DNA from: Thermovirgaceae bacterium | GTDB lineage: Bacteria > Synergistota > Synergistia > Synergistales > Thermovirgaceae | Length of the DNA stretch: 14,347 bases | Direction of reading: 5' to 3' | Assembly (NCBI GenBank): GCA_046542505.1 | Contig: JBKHBH010000050.1 | Span: 1-14,347 of the forward strand | Part shown: positions 7,010 to 14,347 of the stretch, in pieces | Position numbering within the stretch: the first letter of the stretch is position 1 | How the letters are laid out: each line of letters begins with the position of its first letter | Made by a program: the position numbers and the translations under genes | Notes under the pieces: model-generated | Told to the model about the DNA's origin: nothing | Database searches by the model: none | The model's input: only the letters and a program-made list of their open reading frames with translations

Positions 7010-8686
7010 TCATTTCCCGAGATAATCCATGATTCCGCCGGCGATTGACGAGGCAAGCTTCTTCTGGTAGTCCGATCTCTTCAGTTGGGCCGCTTCCGAA
7101 GCTTCCGTCAGAAATCCCATCTCGATCAACACCGAAGGCATGGACGCTCCCCGCAGGACGTAAAATGGAGCCTGGGCGACGCGGCGCATGGGAAGCCCCC
7201 TTTGTTTCCCGGCGGAAAAAAGCACTTCCGCAAAGCCGCTACTCTCCTGTATCTTGGCGTTCTGCTGCATATCTCCAAGAATCTTCAGCAACATTTGAGT
7301 CCGTTTGTCGGCCGCTTTCGCCGCTTCCGTACCCCCTCCGTTCGCCAACTCCTTGTTCTCAATCCGTGCAAGCTCCATGGCATGCTTGTCTGTCGGAAGA
7401 GCCATGAGGTAAATCTCGACACCTCTGGCGTGCCTCCCCGCAGGGAGCGCATTGCAATGGAGGCTGACGAAAAGGTCTGCATCCCGCTTCATGGCGATGT
7501 CGGTCCGTTGAGACAGCTTGAGATACACATCTTTGTTCCTCGTAAGCACCGGCTGGACACCTTTCGTCTTGAGCAGATCGACCAGGTACCTCCCGACTTT
7601 GAGGTTGATATCCTTCTCGAGAAGGCCGTTGGCCACTGCCCCCGGGTCCTTTCCACCATGACCGGGATCGATGACCACGACGTATTTGCCGTCATCATGG
7701 GGAGAAACCGCCGGTAGGACAGGCTCCCGGGGGGACTGGCTCTCCTCCGGCTCTTTATCTTGTGGCGGCTCTTTATCTTGTGGCGGTTCTTCCTCTTGAG
7801 CCGGCTCTTCCTCCTTCGGTTCAATTTTTTCGGCAAGCACAAGAGAAGGAGCCTGGCTTTTCAGGGGTTGAGGGTCATAGAAGTCCACCACATACCGCTG
7901 CGGACCTTCAAGGCGGAAATGTTCTATTTTTCGTGCCCTGTGCATGAAGGAAATAAGGACCCGGTCACCGAATTGTGAAACGGAGGCTTCGACCTTGCCT
8001 GGTGAGGGTGAAGGGGAAACGGCCCCGGGCAATGCGACACCCTGAATGGTGACATCCACACGGCCCGTCAGGGGTGAGACTTTGACCGGAAAAGAGCCGC
8101 TAAAGTCGATCACCGCCCGAAGTCCGAAATCCTGCACACCCCAACGAAGGAAATTCACCCTTCCAGAGGATTTCCCTTGTGATGTTTCAGGGGGAGTCTC
8201 TTTTTCAGATTCGCTGGACTTTTCAAGGTCAAGGAGCTCAGGCCTTTCGGCCTCAGCCGACGAGCCGCCACTATCCCAGGAAACACTGACCTGCCTTCCC
8301 TGATCAAGGGAGAGGAAGCGGCCGAAGACTTTCAGTGCGTCGTTTTTTTCGATCCACCAGCCGCCGTTTTCCATCATGTTTCGGGTCAGGGCGATAATCT
8401 GACCCTGGAGGATCGCTGCGGTGGCCCCTGGGACGAGCTTCACCATGGTCTTTTTTCCGTGCACAAGGAGAGAGTCCCCCGTATTTTCGGCACGGCATCC
8501 GAGGGATTCGGCCATCCTTCCGACTGGGACAAACTGCGCGCCCTGATGAGTCTTAGTCTGCATTTCCCCTGCTGCCTCCCCGTCCTTGAGGAGGGTCAAG
8601 GCATGCGTTCCTGATGCCGCCGAAACAAGCATCAGGCATGCCACAAAGAACAGGAGGGTAACTCTAAAGCCCCGCAACGGGGACAT
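7010..8686 (-). CDS. N-acetylmuramoyl-L-alanine amidase (Amidase_3, AmiB/AmiC-like) with signal peptide and AMIN-like region
   Basis: Zn-ligand and catalytic motifs IDPGHGG, EKDINL, SLHCNA and VLIEMGF; hydrophobic signal peptide. ATG 8686 follows GGTGGTG; TTG 8692 is an alternative start. Confidence 0.93.
   Translation of the reverse strand: MSPLRGFRVTLLFFVACLMLVSAASGTHALTLLKDGEAAGEMQTKTHQGAQFVPVGRMAESLGCRAENTGDSLLVHGKKTMVKLVPGATAAILQGQIIALTRNMMENGGWWIEKNDALKVFGRFLSLDQGRQVSVSWDSGGSSAEAERPELLDLEKSSESEKETPPETSQGKSSGRVNFLRWGVQDFGLRAVIDFSGSFPVKVSPLTGRVDVTIQGVALPGAVSPSPSPGKVEASVSQFGDRVLISFMHRARKIEHFRLEGPQRYVVDFYDPQPLKSQAPSLVLAEKIEPKEEEPAQEEEPPQDKEPPQDKEPEESQSPREPVLPAVSPHDDGKYVVVIDPGHGGKDPGAVANGLLEKDINLKVGRYLVDLLKTKGVQPVLTRNKDVYLKLSQRTDIAMKRDADLFVSLHCNALPAGRHARGVEIYLMALPTDKHAMELARIENKELANGGGTEAAKAADKRTQMLLKILGDMQQNAKIQESSGFAEVLFSAGKQRGLPMRRVAQAPFYVLRGASMPSVLIEMGFLTEASEAAQLKRSDYQKKLASSIAGGIMDYLGK
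7749..7802. repeat. 18-bp in-frame tandem repeat in the amidase linker
   Basis: GGCTCTTTATCTTGTGGC exact at 7749-7766 and 7767-7784, with a degenerate copy at 7785-7802. Encodes PAQEEE-PPQDKE-PPQDKE. Confidence 0.9.
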
Positions 8687-10019
8687 CGTCAATCACCACC
8701 GAGCAGCCGCCTGTATTCCCGAAAAATCGCAAATCGTCTCCGACAGAGGAAATCCTCTCAAGAAGTTCCAAGAGATTCCCCGCAATGGTCACACCAGAGA
8801 CGGGTTGAATCCGTTCCCCCGAACTGTACAGGGCTCCTTTTGCACCGAGAGAATAATCCCCGCTCACGGGGTCGATGGTATGTACGCCCATAAGGTCCGT
8901 TACGTACAGGCGATTTTCGGGCACCCTGAGAAAACTTTCCGCCGAATCCGACCCTGGTTCCAGGTAAAGGTTCGAGAATCCCGCCTCAGGAAGCGACCCC
9001 GGGGAACGGACAGCGTTACCCGTCGGGGCGACTCCGTCTTTTGCGGCATATTTCAGGTCGTTGAGAAAAACTTCAACCTTTCCTTCGGAAAGCAAGACCG
9101 TCCGTGTCGACGGTACCCCTTCGCCATCGAAAGGTTCTGATCCCACCTTGCCATGAAGAGTCCCGTCATCGATCAATGTTACCGCCGCCGAAGCGATTCG
9201 CTCACCCAGCTTGCCTTTAAGCATGGAGAGGTTCTTGTGTATATTCTGACTCAGAAAAAGTTCTCCTACTACCTCGAAAAGAGTCGCCGTAACCTCTGGA
9301 TCGAGAACAACGGTATACCTTCCTGTCGAGAGAGCTTTCCCCCCCAGAGAGAGTCCGACCCTCTCAAGGGCCTCTGCGGCAATCGCCCGATGATCGAGGT
9401 CATCGATAAAACAGGCTTCAAGTCCAAATCCTCCCATATCATAAGCTTCGCCCTGTTCCATGACAACGACGAGGCCGCAGGAAACCCCCGTTTCACTGTG
9501 CCAGAGACGGAGCCCCTCTGTGGAGGCGTAAAAGGTTTCGCCCCGACCGTCTGCCCATCTCGCCGCCCTGACGGATCGAACCCTGGGATCCCTGGAAGCG
9601 ACTTCCATCATTTCGTTGCAAATCCGCTGCCTCCGGGCCGGCGTAATCTCCAAAACCGAAGGATCATATAATCGGAGGTCGGCCAATTCGACAGGCCCCG
9701 GAAACAGGGGAACATCCTCTTGTCCGGCTCCAAGCCTGGAGTTCGCAACGGCCCATCCTGCCATGGCCGTCACCGCCTCTTTCGAGAGATCATTCGTATC
9801 GGCTACGCCCTGTCTTCCGTAAGGATCGATCACCCTGATTCCCATTCTCCATGAGGCGCCGCTTTTGTCGATTTCAGGTTCACCATTTCTCAGGCCCCAC
9901 TCCGTACCAGACCCCGCATTATAATACACGTCGGCCCGTTCGATGCCTTTGGCATGAACGGCTTCCAACGCTCTTGAAGCAACCTGTTCGATCTTCTCCC
10001 TTTGCGGGAAGTCTTTCAC
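8664..10019 (-). CDS. pmbA: TldD/PmbA family protein, PmbA (TldE) type
   Basis: GRYTVVLDP, PFDGEGVP, TGNAVR, SNLYLEPG, DPVSGDYSLG and TIAGNL motifs; no HExxxH, so it is the non-catalytic PmbA-type subunit. Confidence 0.88.
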   Translation of the reverse strand: MKDFPQREKIEQVASRALEAVHAKGIERADVYYNAGSGTEWGLRNGEPEIDKSGASWRMGIRVIDPYGRQGVADTNDLSKEAVTAMAGWAVANSRLGAGQEDVPLFPGPVELADLRLYDPSVLEITPARRQRICNEMMEVASRDPRVRSVRAARWADGRGETFYASTEGLRLWHSETGVSCGLVVVMEQGEAYDMGGFGLEACFIDDLDHRAIAAEALERVGLSLGGKALSTGRYTVVLDPEVTATLFEVVGELFLSQNIHKNLSMLKGKLGERIASAAVTLIDDGTLHGKVGSEPFDGEGVPSTRTVLLSEGKVEVFLNDLKYAAKDGVAPTGNAVRSPGSLPEAGFSNLYLEPGSDSAESFLRVPENRLYVTDLMGVHTIDPVSGDYSLGAKGALYSSGERIQPVSGVTIAGNLLELLERISSVGDDLRFFGNTGGCSVVIDDVPVAGL

Positions 10020-11050
10020 CGGGCACGAGCCTCCCCGAGTATTTTTTTCGCCGCTATTTCCACATCGGCCCCGGTAATGCCGACATGGGTGACAAGACGG
10101 ATCCTCCTGTCGGAAACAGCGTTGAAAAGAATGCCTTCCCTTTTGCAGACTTCGACAATGGCATGGGCATCAGGGCCCTTTCCGTCAAGCTGGAAGTAAA
10201 CCATGTTCGTTCTTCGGCCGGGCTTTTCGACAAAAAGACCACCTTCGGCCAGAAGATCCGCGAGCTTTTCGGCATTCCTGTGATCTTCGGCGAGACGGGC
10301 GGTCATTTTTCTGATCGAAATGACACCGGCTGCGGCCAGGATCCCTGCCTGCCTCAGCCCGCCACCGAGTTTCTTTCTCCAGTGCCTGGCCTTGCGGATG
10401 AAATCTTTCGACCCGCACAAAAGCGATCCCACCGGTGCCCCGAGTCCTTTTGAAAGGCAAAACTGGACAGAATCGACCTGGTGCGTGAACTCGCGGACAT
10501 CCACGTCCCATGCCGTCGCGGCGTCAAAGATCCTGGCACCGTCGAGATGGACTTTGAGCCCCATGTCCTTCCCTGCCCTGGCGACTTTTTTGAAGTCCTC
10601 CGGTGAAACCGCCGTTCCACCCTCCCTGTTGTGGGTGTTTTCGAGACAGAGAAGCCTGGCAGGTGCCTTGTGGACATCCGGGGGCAGGATCCAGCTTTTG
10701 ATCTCCTCAATTTTCATGATTCCACCGGAATCATCGGCGACAAGAGGCAAAATGCCCCCGAAGACCGCAAGGCCTCCGGCTTCGTAATTATAGATATGGC
10801 AATTTTGACCGATAATGGCGCCGTCTCCCATCCTGCAATGCGTCAAAAGGGCAACCAGGTTCCCCTGTGTCCCCGAGGTGACGAAAAGGCCCGCCTCGTG
10901 CCCCGTTAGAGCCGCGGATTCTTCTTCAAGCTCCCTGACCGTCGGGTCATCTCCGTAAACATCATCACCGACTTCAGCCGTAGCCATGGCGGTCCGCATT
11001 TCTTCCGTGGGCTTGGTAACCGTATCGCTTCTCAAATCAATCGTTCCCAT
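10016..11050 (-). CDS. ltaE: Low-specificity L-threonine aldolase (PLP-dependent)
   Basis: IDLRSDTVT, VGDDVYGDDP, SGTQGN, ENTHN, HLDGARIF, CLSKGLGAPVGS (PLP lysine) and RLVTH motifs. Confidence 0.96.
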   Translation of the reverse strand: MGTIDLRSDTVTKPTEEMRTAMATAEVGDDVYGDDPTVRELEEESAALTGHEAGLFVTSGTQGNLVALLTHCRMGDGAIIGQNCHIYNYEAGGLAVFGGILPLVADDSGGIMKIEEIKSWILPPDVHKAPARLLCLENTHNREGGTAVSPEDFKKVARAGKDMGLKVHLDGARIFDAATAWDVDVREFTHQVDSVQFCLSKGLGAPVGSLLCGSKDFIRKARHWRKKLGGGLRQAGILAAAGVISIRKMTARLAEDHRNAEKLADLLAEGGLFVEKPGRRTNMVYFQLDGKGPDAHAIVEVCKREGILFNAVSDRRIRLVTHVGITGADVEIAAKKILGEARAR

Positions 11051-11120
11051 GCTGTACCCTCCCGGAGACGGATCATGACTCCGTCTTTGTCATCTTGGCG
11101 TTCTTTTCTCGTTTTCGCCT

Positions 11121-11129
11121 ATGATAACA
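11121..11129 (-). promoter_or_regulatory. Possible extended -10 promoter upstream of ltaE
   Basis: TG-T-TATCAT in an AT-richer 150-bp gap; no clear -35. Confidence 0.35.
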
Positions 11130-11202
11130 TCATTTTTCCCGAAGAATCGGCATCTTTTACATTCAGCCTGAAACCCGGACTTATGTTTTCGGCATTCGGA
11201 AC

Positions 11203-12027
11203 CTACAAAGAGACTCCAAGGCGTGCCCAGGGAAGAAGATCTTCCGGGACGGTGACGCCAAGCTGCCCCGGTCGTGAACCGCCGTGAAAATCAGAGCCGG
11301 CCGTCCGCTCGAGTCCGAATCGAGCCGCTATTTTCGACCAATAACGGACCTCCGATTCAGTATGATGGCCCGAGAAACATTCGATCCCCCAAAGTCCGGT
11401 AGCAACGAGCTCCTCTAGGAGATTTTCCTGTCTTTTTTCGGTAATCCCCATAAGGCCCGGATGGGCAAGGACCGCCACCCCACCTGCTTCGGTGATGAGC
11501 CACACGCACTCCGTCGCCGTCAGCCGCTCGCGGGGGACATACGCCGACCCGTTTCTCCCGAGGTACCAGGAAAAGGCCGTTCCTTCGTCGGGGACATATC
11601 CTTTTTGCACGAGAAGCCTCGCTATATGTGGACGGGCCACGACCTGTCCGCCGGATTCACGGGCAAGCTCCTCCATGTTTACATCCATTCCCATTGCCTT
11701 CAGCTTTTCACACATGAGCCTGTTCCTGTCGTTCCTTTTCTGTCTTATCTCTTCGAGCCTGGATTCCAGAAGATCCATGTTTTCATCGATCCTGTACCCG
11801 AGAATATGGAGTGTAAAATCCGCATCAGCTGAAAGTTCAGTTCCGGAGATACACTGAAGCCCGCTCTTTTTGCAGGCTCGCCGGAATCTCGGGATCCCGG
11901 CCACGGTGTCGTGATCTGTCAGACTCAGGATGGATATGCCACGTTTCTCGGAACGCCTGACAATCGTTTCAGGGTCCAGAAGTCCGTCGGAAAAGGTGCT
12001 GTGCATGTGAAGATCGATGCGTATCAT
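11203..12027 (-). CDS. PHP-domain metal-dependent phosphoesterase (TrpH/YciV-like)
   Basis: DLHMHSTFSDG, LTDHDT, HILGY, RPHIA, LAHP and GSDFHG motifs. Confidence 0.93.
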   Translation of the reverse strand: MIRIDLHMHSTFSDGLLDPETIVRRSEKRGISILSLTDHDTVAGIPRFRRACKKSGLQCISGTELSADADFTLHILGYRIDENMDLLESRLEEIRQKRNDRNRLMCEKLKAMGMDVNMEELARESGGQVVARPHIARLLVQKGYVPDEGTAFSWYLGRNGSAYVPRERLTATECVWLITEAGGVAVLAHPGLMGITEKRQENLLEELVATGLWGIECFSGHHTESEVRYWSKIAARFGLERTAGSDFHGGSRPGQLGVTVPEDLLPWARLGVSL

Positions 12028-12054
12028 TGCGTCGGCTCCAATCGGTGGGAAAAT

Positions 12055-13104
12055 CTAAAAGAGGTATCCCATGGGGCAGTCTCCGTCAGCGGCGGCCTCG
12101 ACGACATCGCGATAGAGAGCGAAGGCAGTCTGCTTGGGGCCGGTTCCCCCTCCCGCCACGAACACATCACCCAGGGCATCGGTGACAAAAAGGACACCGT
12201 TGGCGGCACCATTGACATTGGAAAGCGGGTGGGATCCGGGAAGCACTTCAGGTTTAACAGTGATACGCGCCTCTTTTCCCGCTGCCTCGACACGGGCGAC
12301 AAGGCGGACGTTCCCCCCGGAACGGCGGGCCTTTCGGATCATGGCACCGGAGACACTGCGTATGCCCTCAACGTGGACATCCTCAAGGCTCACAGGCGGC
12401 GCCCCCATGAGGACCTGGGCAATGATCGCCGCTTTCACGGCACTGTCAGTGCCCTCCACGTCAAAAAACGGCTCCGGTTCGGCATACCCCTTCCGTCTCG
12501 CATCCAGGAGGGCCTCGTCGAAGGATGATCCCTGGGCCATAAGATCAAGGATGTAATTGCAGGTGCCGTTGACAACACCTTCACAGGAAAGAATACGGGT
12601 TCCCTGCAAGCAATGCCTGACAAAAGAAAAGAAAGGCGTTCCCGCCAGAACCGTTGCCTCGAAAAGAAAGGGTACTCCCCGTTTTCGGGCAAGCTCCTCG
12701 AGTTGCCTGTAGGACAAAAAAAGCGGCCCCTTGTTGGAAGTGACCACCGCCGCCCCGCGGTCGATGGCGGTTCTCATGAATTCGAAAGCCGCTTTCGGCT
12801 GGGCAATGTTGGTGGTCGTACATTCAACGAGCATGTCGTAATCGGCGAGTTCCAGAAGGTCTTTGGCGGAACGAAAGGACTTCCGGTCCATCCCGCTGTC
12901 CAGATGCCCTGTCGAGGCCTCGTAACGAAGGACATCTTCAAGGGACAGCCCCGAAGGATCGTAAAGACATCCCCTGGTTCTCGTTCCGATGCCGACGATC
13001 TCCCCTTCAATGCCAAAGCGGGAGCGGAGCCAGGGGCGCCGTTCGGCAAAAAGCTCGCAGAAAGCCTTCCCCACATTTCCGAAACCGAGGAGCAGGATTC
13101 TCAC
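12055..13104 (-). CDS. hom: Homoserine dehydrogenase (short form, no ACT domain)
   Basis: GFGNVG Rossmann motif, VVTSNKGP, FEATVLAGTP, NGTCNYIL and GYAEPEP..DVEGTDSAVK. Confidence 0.9.
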   Translation of the reverse strand: MRILLLGFGNVGKAFCELFAERRPWLRSRFGIEGEIVGIGTRTRGCLYDPSGLSLEDVLRYEASTGHLDSGMDRKSFRSAKDLLELADYDMLVECTTTNIAQPKAAFEFMRTAIDRGAAVVTSNKGPLFLSYRQLEELARKRGVPFLFEATVLAGTPFFSFVRHCLQGTRILSCEGVVNGTCNYILDLMAQGSSFDEALLDARRKGYAEPEPFFDVEGTDSAVKAAIIAQVLMGAPPVSLEDVHVEGIRSVSGAMIRKARRSGGNVRLVARVEAAGKEARITVKPEVLPGSHPLSNVNGAANGVLFVTDALGDVFVAGGGTGPKQTAFALYRDVVEAAADGDCPMGYLF

Positions 13105-13147
13105 CTGTAATCCACCCTTCCGTGAAGCGGTTCTGTCCTGCTCATCA

Positions 13148-13186
13148 ATAATAACATTGTCTGAAGGTGGGGATTCGTGTTATATA
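13148..13186. promoter_or_regulatory. Divergent promoter region (hom leftward, wHTH gene-deoC rightward)
   Basis: Minus: TG-T-TATTAT (13148-13156). Plus: TTGTCT (13157-13162), 18 nt, TATATA (13181-13186) preceded by TG. Confidence 0.45.
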
Positions 13187-13259
13187 CAGGACATCAGAAC
13201 AAAAACGCACTTGCCCGAAATCAGCGGAAACGGTTTATCGTAATGGAAGGAGCTTTTAA

Positions 13260-13610
13260 ATGAACCCGGACACCACTATGCCTGACATGCCCGAAACCTG
13301 AGCTAAAATTACGGCGCGTCTCGTAGAGTCCGTTTCCCGGACGGCCCAGCTTGCCGCTGGGACGACGCCAGAACTCCAGCAGCTTTTCGAACGGTGGCTT
13401 TCGATCATTGCAGGAGAAATACAGAGAGAATCAAAAGTACAGGGAGTGCTCAATATCAAGGACATCGCCGAGCGGATAGGCATTGATGATACTTCCATCC
13501 TGTGTCTCGTCCAGTACCTCCACCGGCAGGGGAAAATATCCGTTACTGAAGTCAGGATCACGGAGGGTTGTGGAGAGAACAGGGAAATCTGCGGATGTCT
13601 GAAGGAATGA
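13260..13610 (+). CDS. 116-aa winged-helix-like protein with in-frame TGA at codon 14 (candidate selenoprotein; alternatively a nonsense pseudogene)
   Basis: SD AAGGAG 13247-13252, ATG 13260, TGA 13299-13301, then an uninterrupted frame to TGA 13608-13610: MNPDTTMPDMPET*AKITARLVESVSRTAQLAAGTTPELQQLFERWLSIIAGEIQRESKVQGVLNIKDIAERIGIDDTSILCLVQYLHRQGKISVTEVRITEGCGENREICGCLKE. Ends 10 nt before deoC. Confidence 0.75.
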
Positions 13611-13620
13611 GTGATATGAG

Positions 13621-14347
13621 ATGACTGACATCGAAATGCTGGCACAGAAAGCAGGGATCAAGGCGGCTCGGGCGGAGGCCGGCTTCTACGAAAAACCGGG
13701 GATCGACGAGATCCGTCACTCCGTAGACCATACGCTCCTGTCGTCCTCTTCTACGGAAGGAGACATCAAAAAACTTTGTGATGAAGCCCAAACCTACGGC
13801 TTCGCCGCTGTCTGTGTCCCCCCGCTCTGGGTCCCCTACGCCAGGAACTGCCTTGAGGGCAAATCCCAGAAGGTTGTCGCCGCCATCGCCTTTCCCCTGG
13901 GAACCCTTCCCGTTGAAGTAAAGGTCAACGAAATAGAGTGGGCACTCAAAAACGGCGCAGAAGAATTTGATGTGGTCGCCACCATATCCGACATTATCGA
14001 CGAAGACAGGCAGGCCGTACGGGAAGAGTTCCGCGCTCTCCGGGAAGTTACATCGGGCAGGTGCCTCAAGATCATCATCGAGACACCGCTTCTGAACGAC
14101 AGACAGAAGTTCCTTTGCGTCAATATCGCCGAACAGACCGGCGTCGACTACCTCAAGACCGGAACCGGCTTCGCCGGACCTGTCACGTTCTATGACGTGG
14201 CGTTCTTGAGAACCGTCGCCTCCGACAGCCTTCACGTCAAGGCTTCCGGAGGCATACGCACCCTCGTATCCGCCGGCATCCTTCGGGCCTTGGGCGCCGA
14301 CCGTCTCGGGGCGTCCCAGTCTACGAACTTCCTTCCCTTGCCCGAGC
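13621..14347 (+). CDS. deoC: Deoxyribose-phosphate aldolase (3' end beyond window)
   Basis: Hand translation gives VDHTLL, AAVCVPP, AFPLG, GAEEFDVV, LKIIIETPLL, YLKTGTGF (Schiff-base Lys), VKASGGIR and GADRLGAS. The frame is open to the window end and absent from the ORF track. Confidence 0.93.
   Translation, partial: MTDIEMLAQKAGIKAARAEAGFYEKPGIDEIRHSVDHTLLSSSSTEGDIKKLCDEAQTYGFAAVCVPPLWVPYARNCLEGKSQKVVAAIAFPLGTLPVEVKVNEIEWALKNGAEEFDVVATISDIIDEDRQAVREEFRALREVTSGRCLKIIIETPLLNDRQKFLCVNIAEQTGVDYLKTGTGFAGPVTFYDVAFLRTVASDSLHVKASGGIRTLVSAGILRALGADRLGASQSTNFLPLPE

Noticed and set aside
13299..13301. Genome-wide UGA reassignment (code 4 or 25) as the explanation for the in-frame TGA
   Set aside because: TGA terminates mgtE, the GerMN gene and rph (GTGA overlap with rdgB) at their expected ends, and Trp is encoded by TGG in the genes I translated.
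13256..14235. Minus-strand ORFs 13256-13645, 13431-13661, 13558-14235 and 13836-14123
   Set aside because: Antisense shadows of the plus-strand wHTH gene and deoC.
1..14347. CRISPR array, IS/transposase, integrase, tRNA or rRNA
   Set aside because: No regularly spaced repeats, terminal inverted repeats with transposase, or cloverleaf/rRNA signatures seen by eye.

Overview
A housekeeping-type bacterial chromosomal segment, moderately GC-rich. Gene content and style suggest an anaerobe such as Synergistota; this is inference, not verified. Almost everything is on the minus strand: homoserine dehydrogenase, PHP phosphoesterase, threonine aldolase (ltaE), PmbA/TldE, an AmiC-like amidase, a GerMN protein, rph, rdgB, secG, pncB, rplM-rpsI, mgtE, and a TetR regulator that runs off the left edge. 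On the plus strand at the right end are a small gene missed by the ORF track and deoC, which runs off the right edge. Two things stand out. (1) The missed gene (13260-13610) has a strong SD and ATG, an in-frame TGA at codon 14, then about 100 open codons encoding a winged-helix-like domain with a Cys-rich tail. It is a candidate undescribed selenoprotein regulator. (2) mgtE has a ~300-nt leader that is not a recognisable M-box. It holds its own promoter, an acidic 27-aa uORF, a long stem capped by a perfect three-way junction, a C-rich rut-like arm and an SD-occluding hairpin, making it a candidate new Mg2+-responsive attenuator. I saw no mobile elements, CRISPR arrays, tRNA or rRNA.
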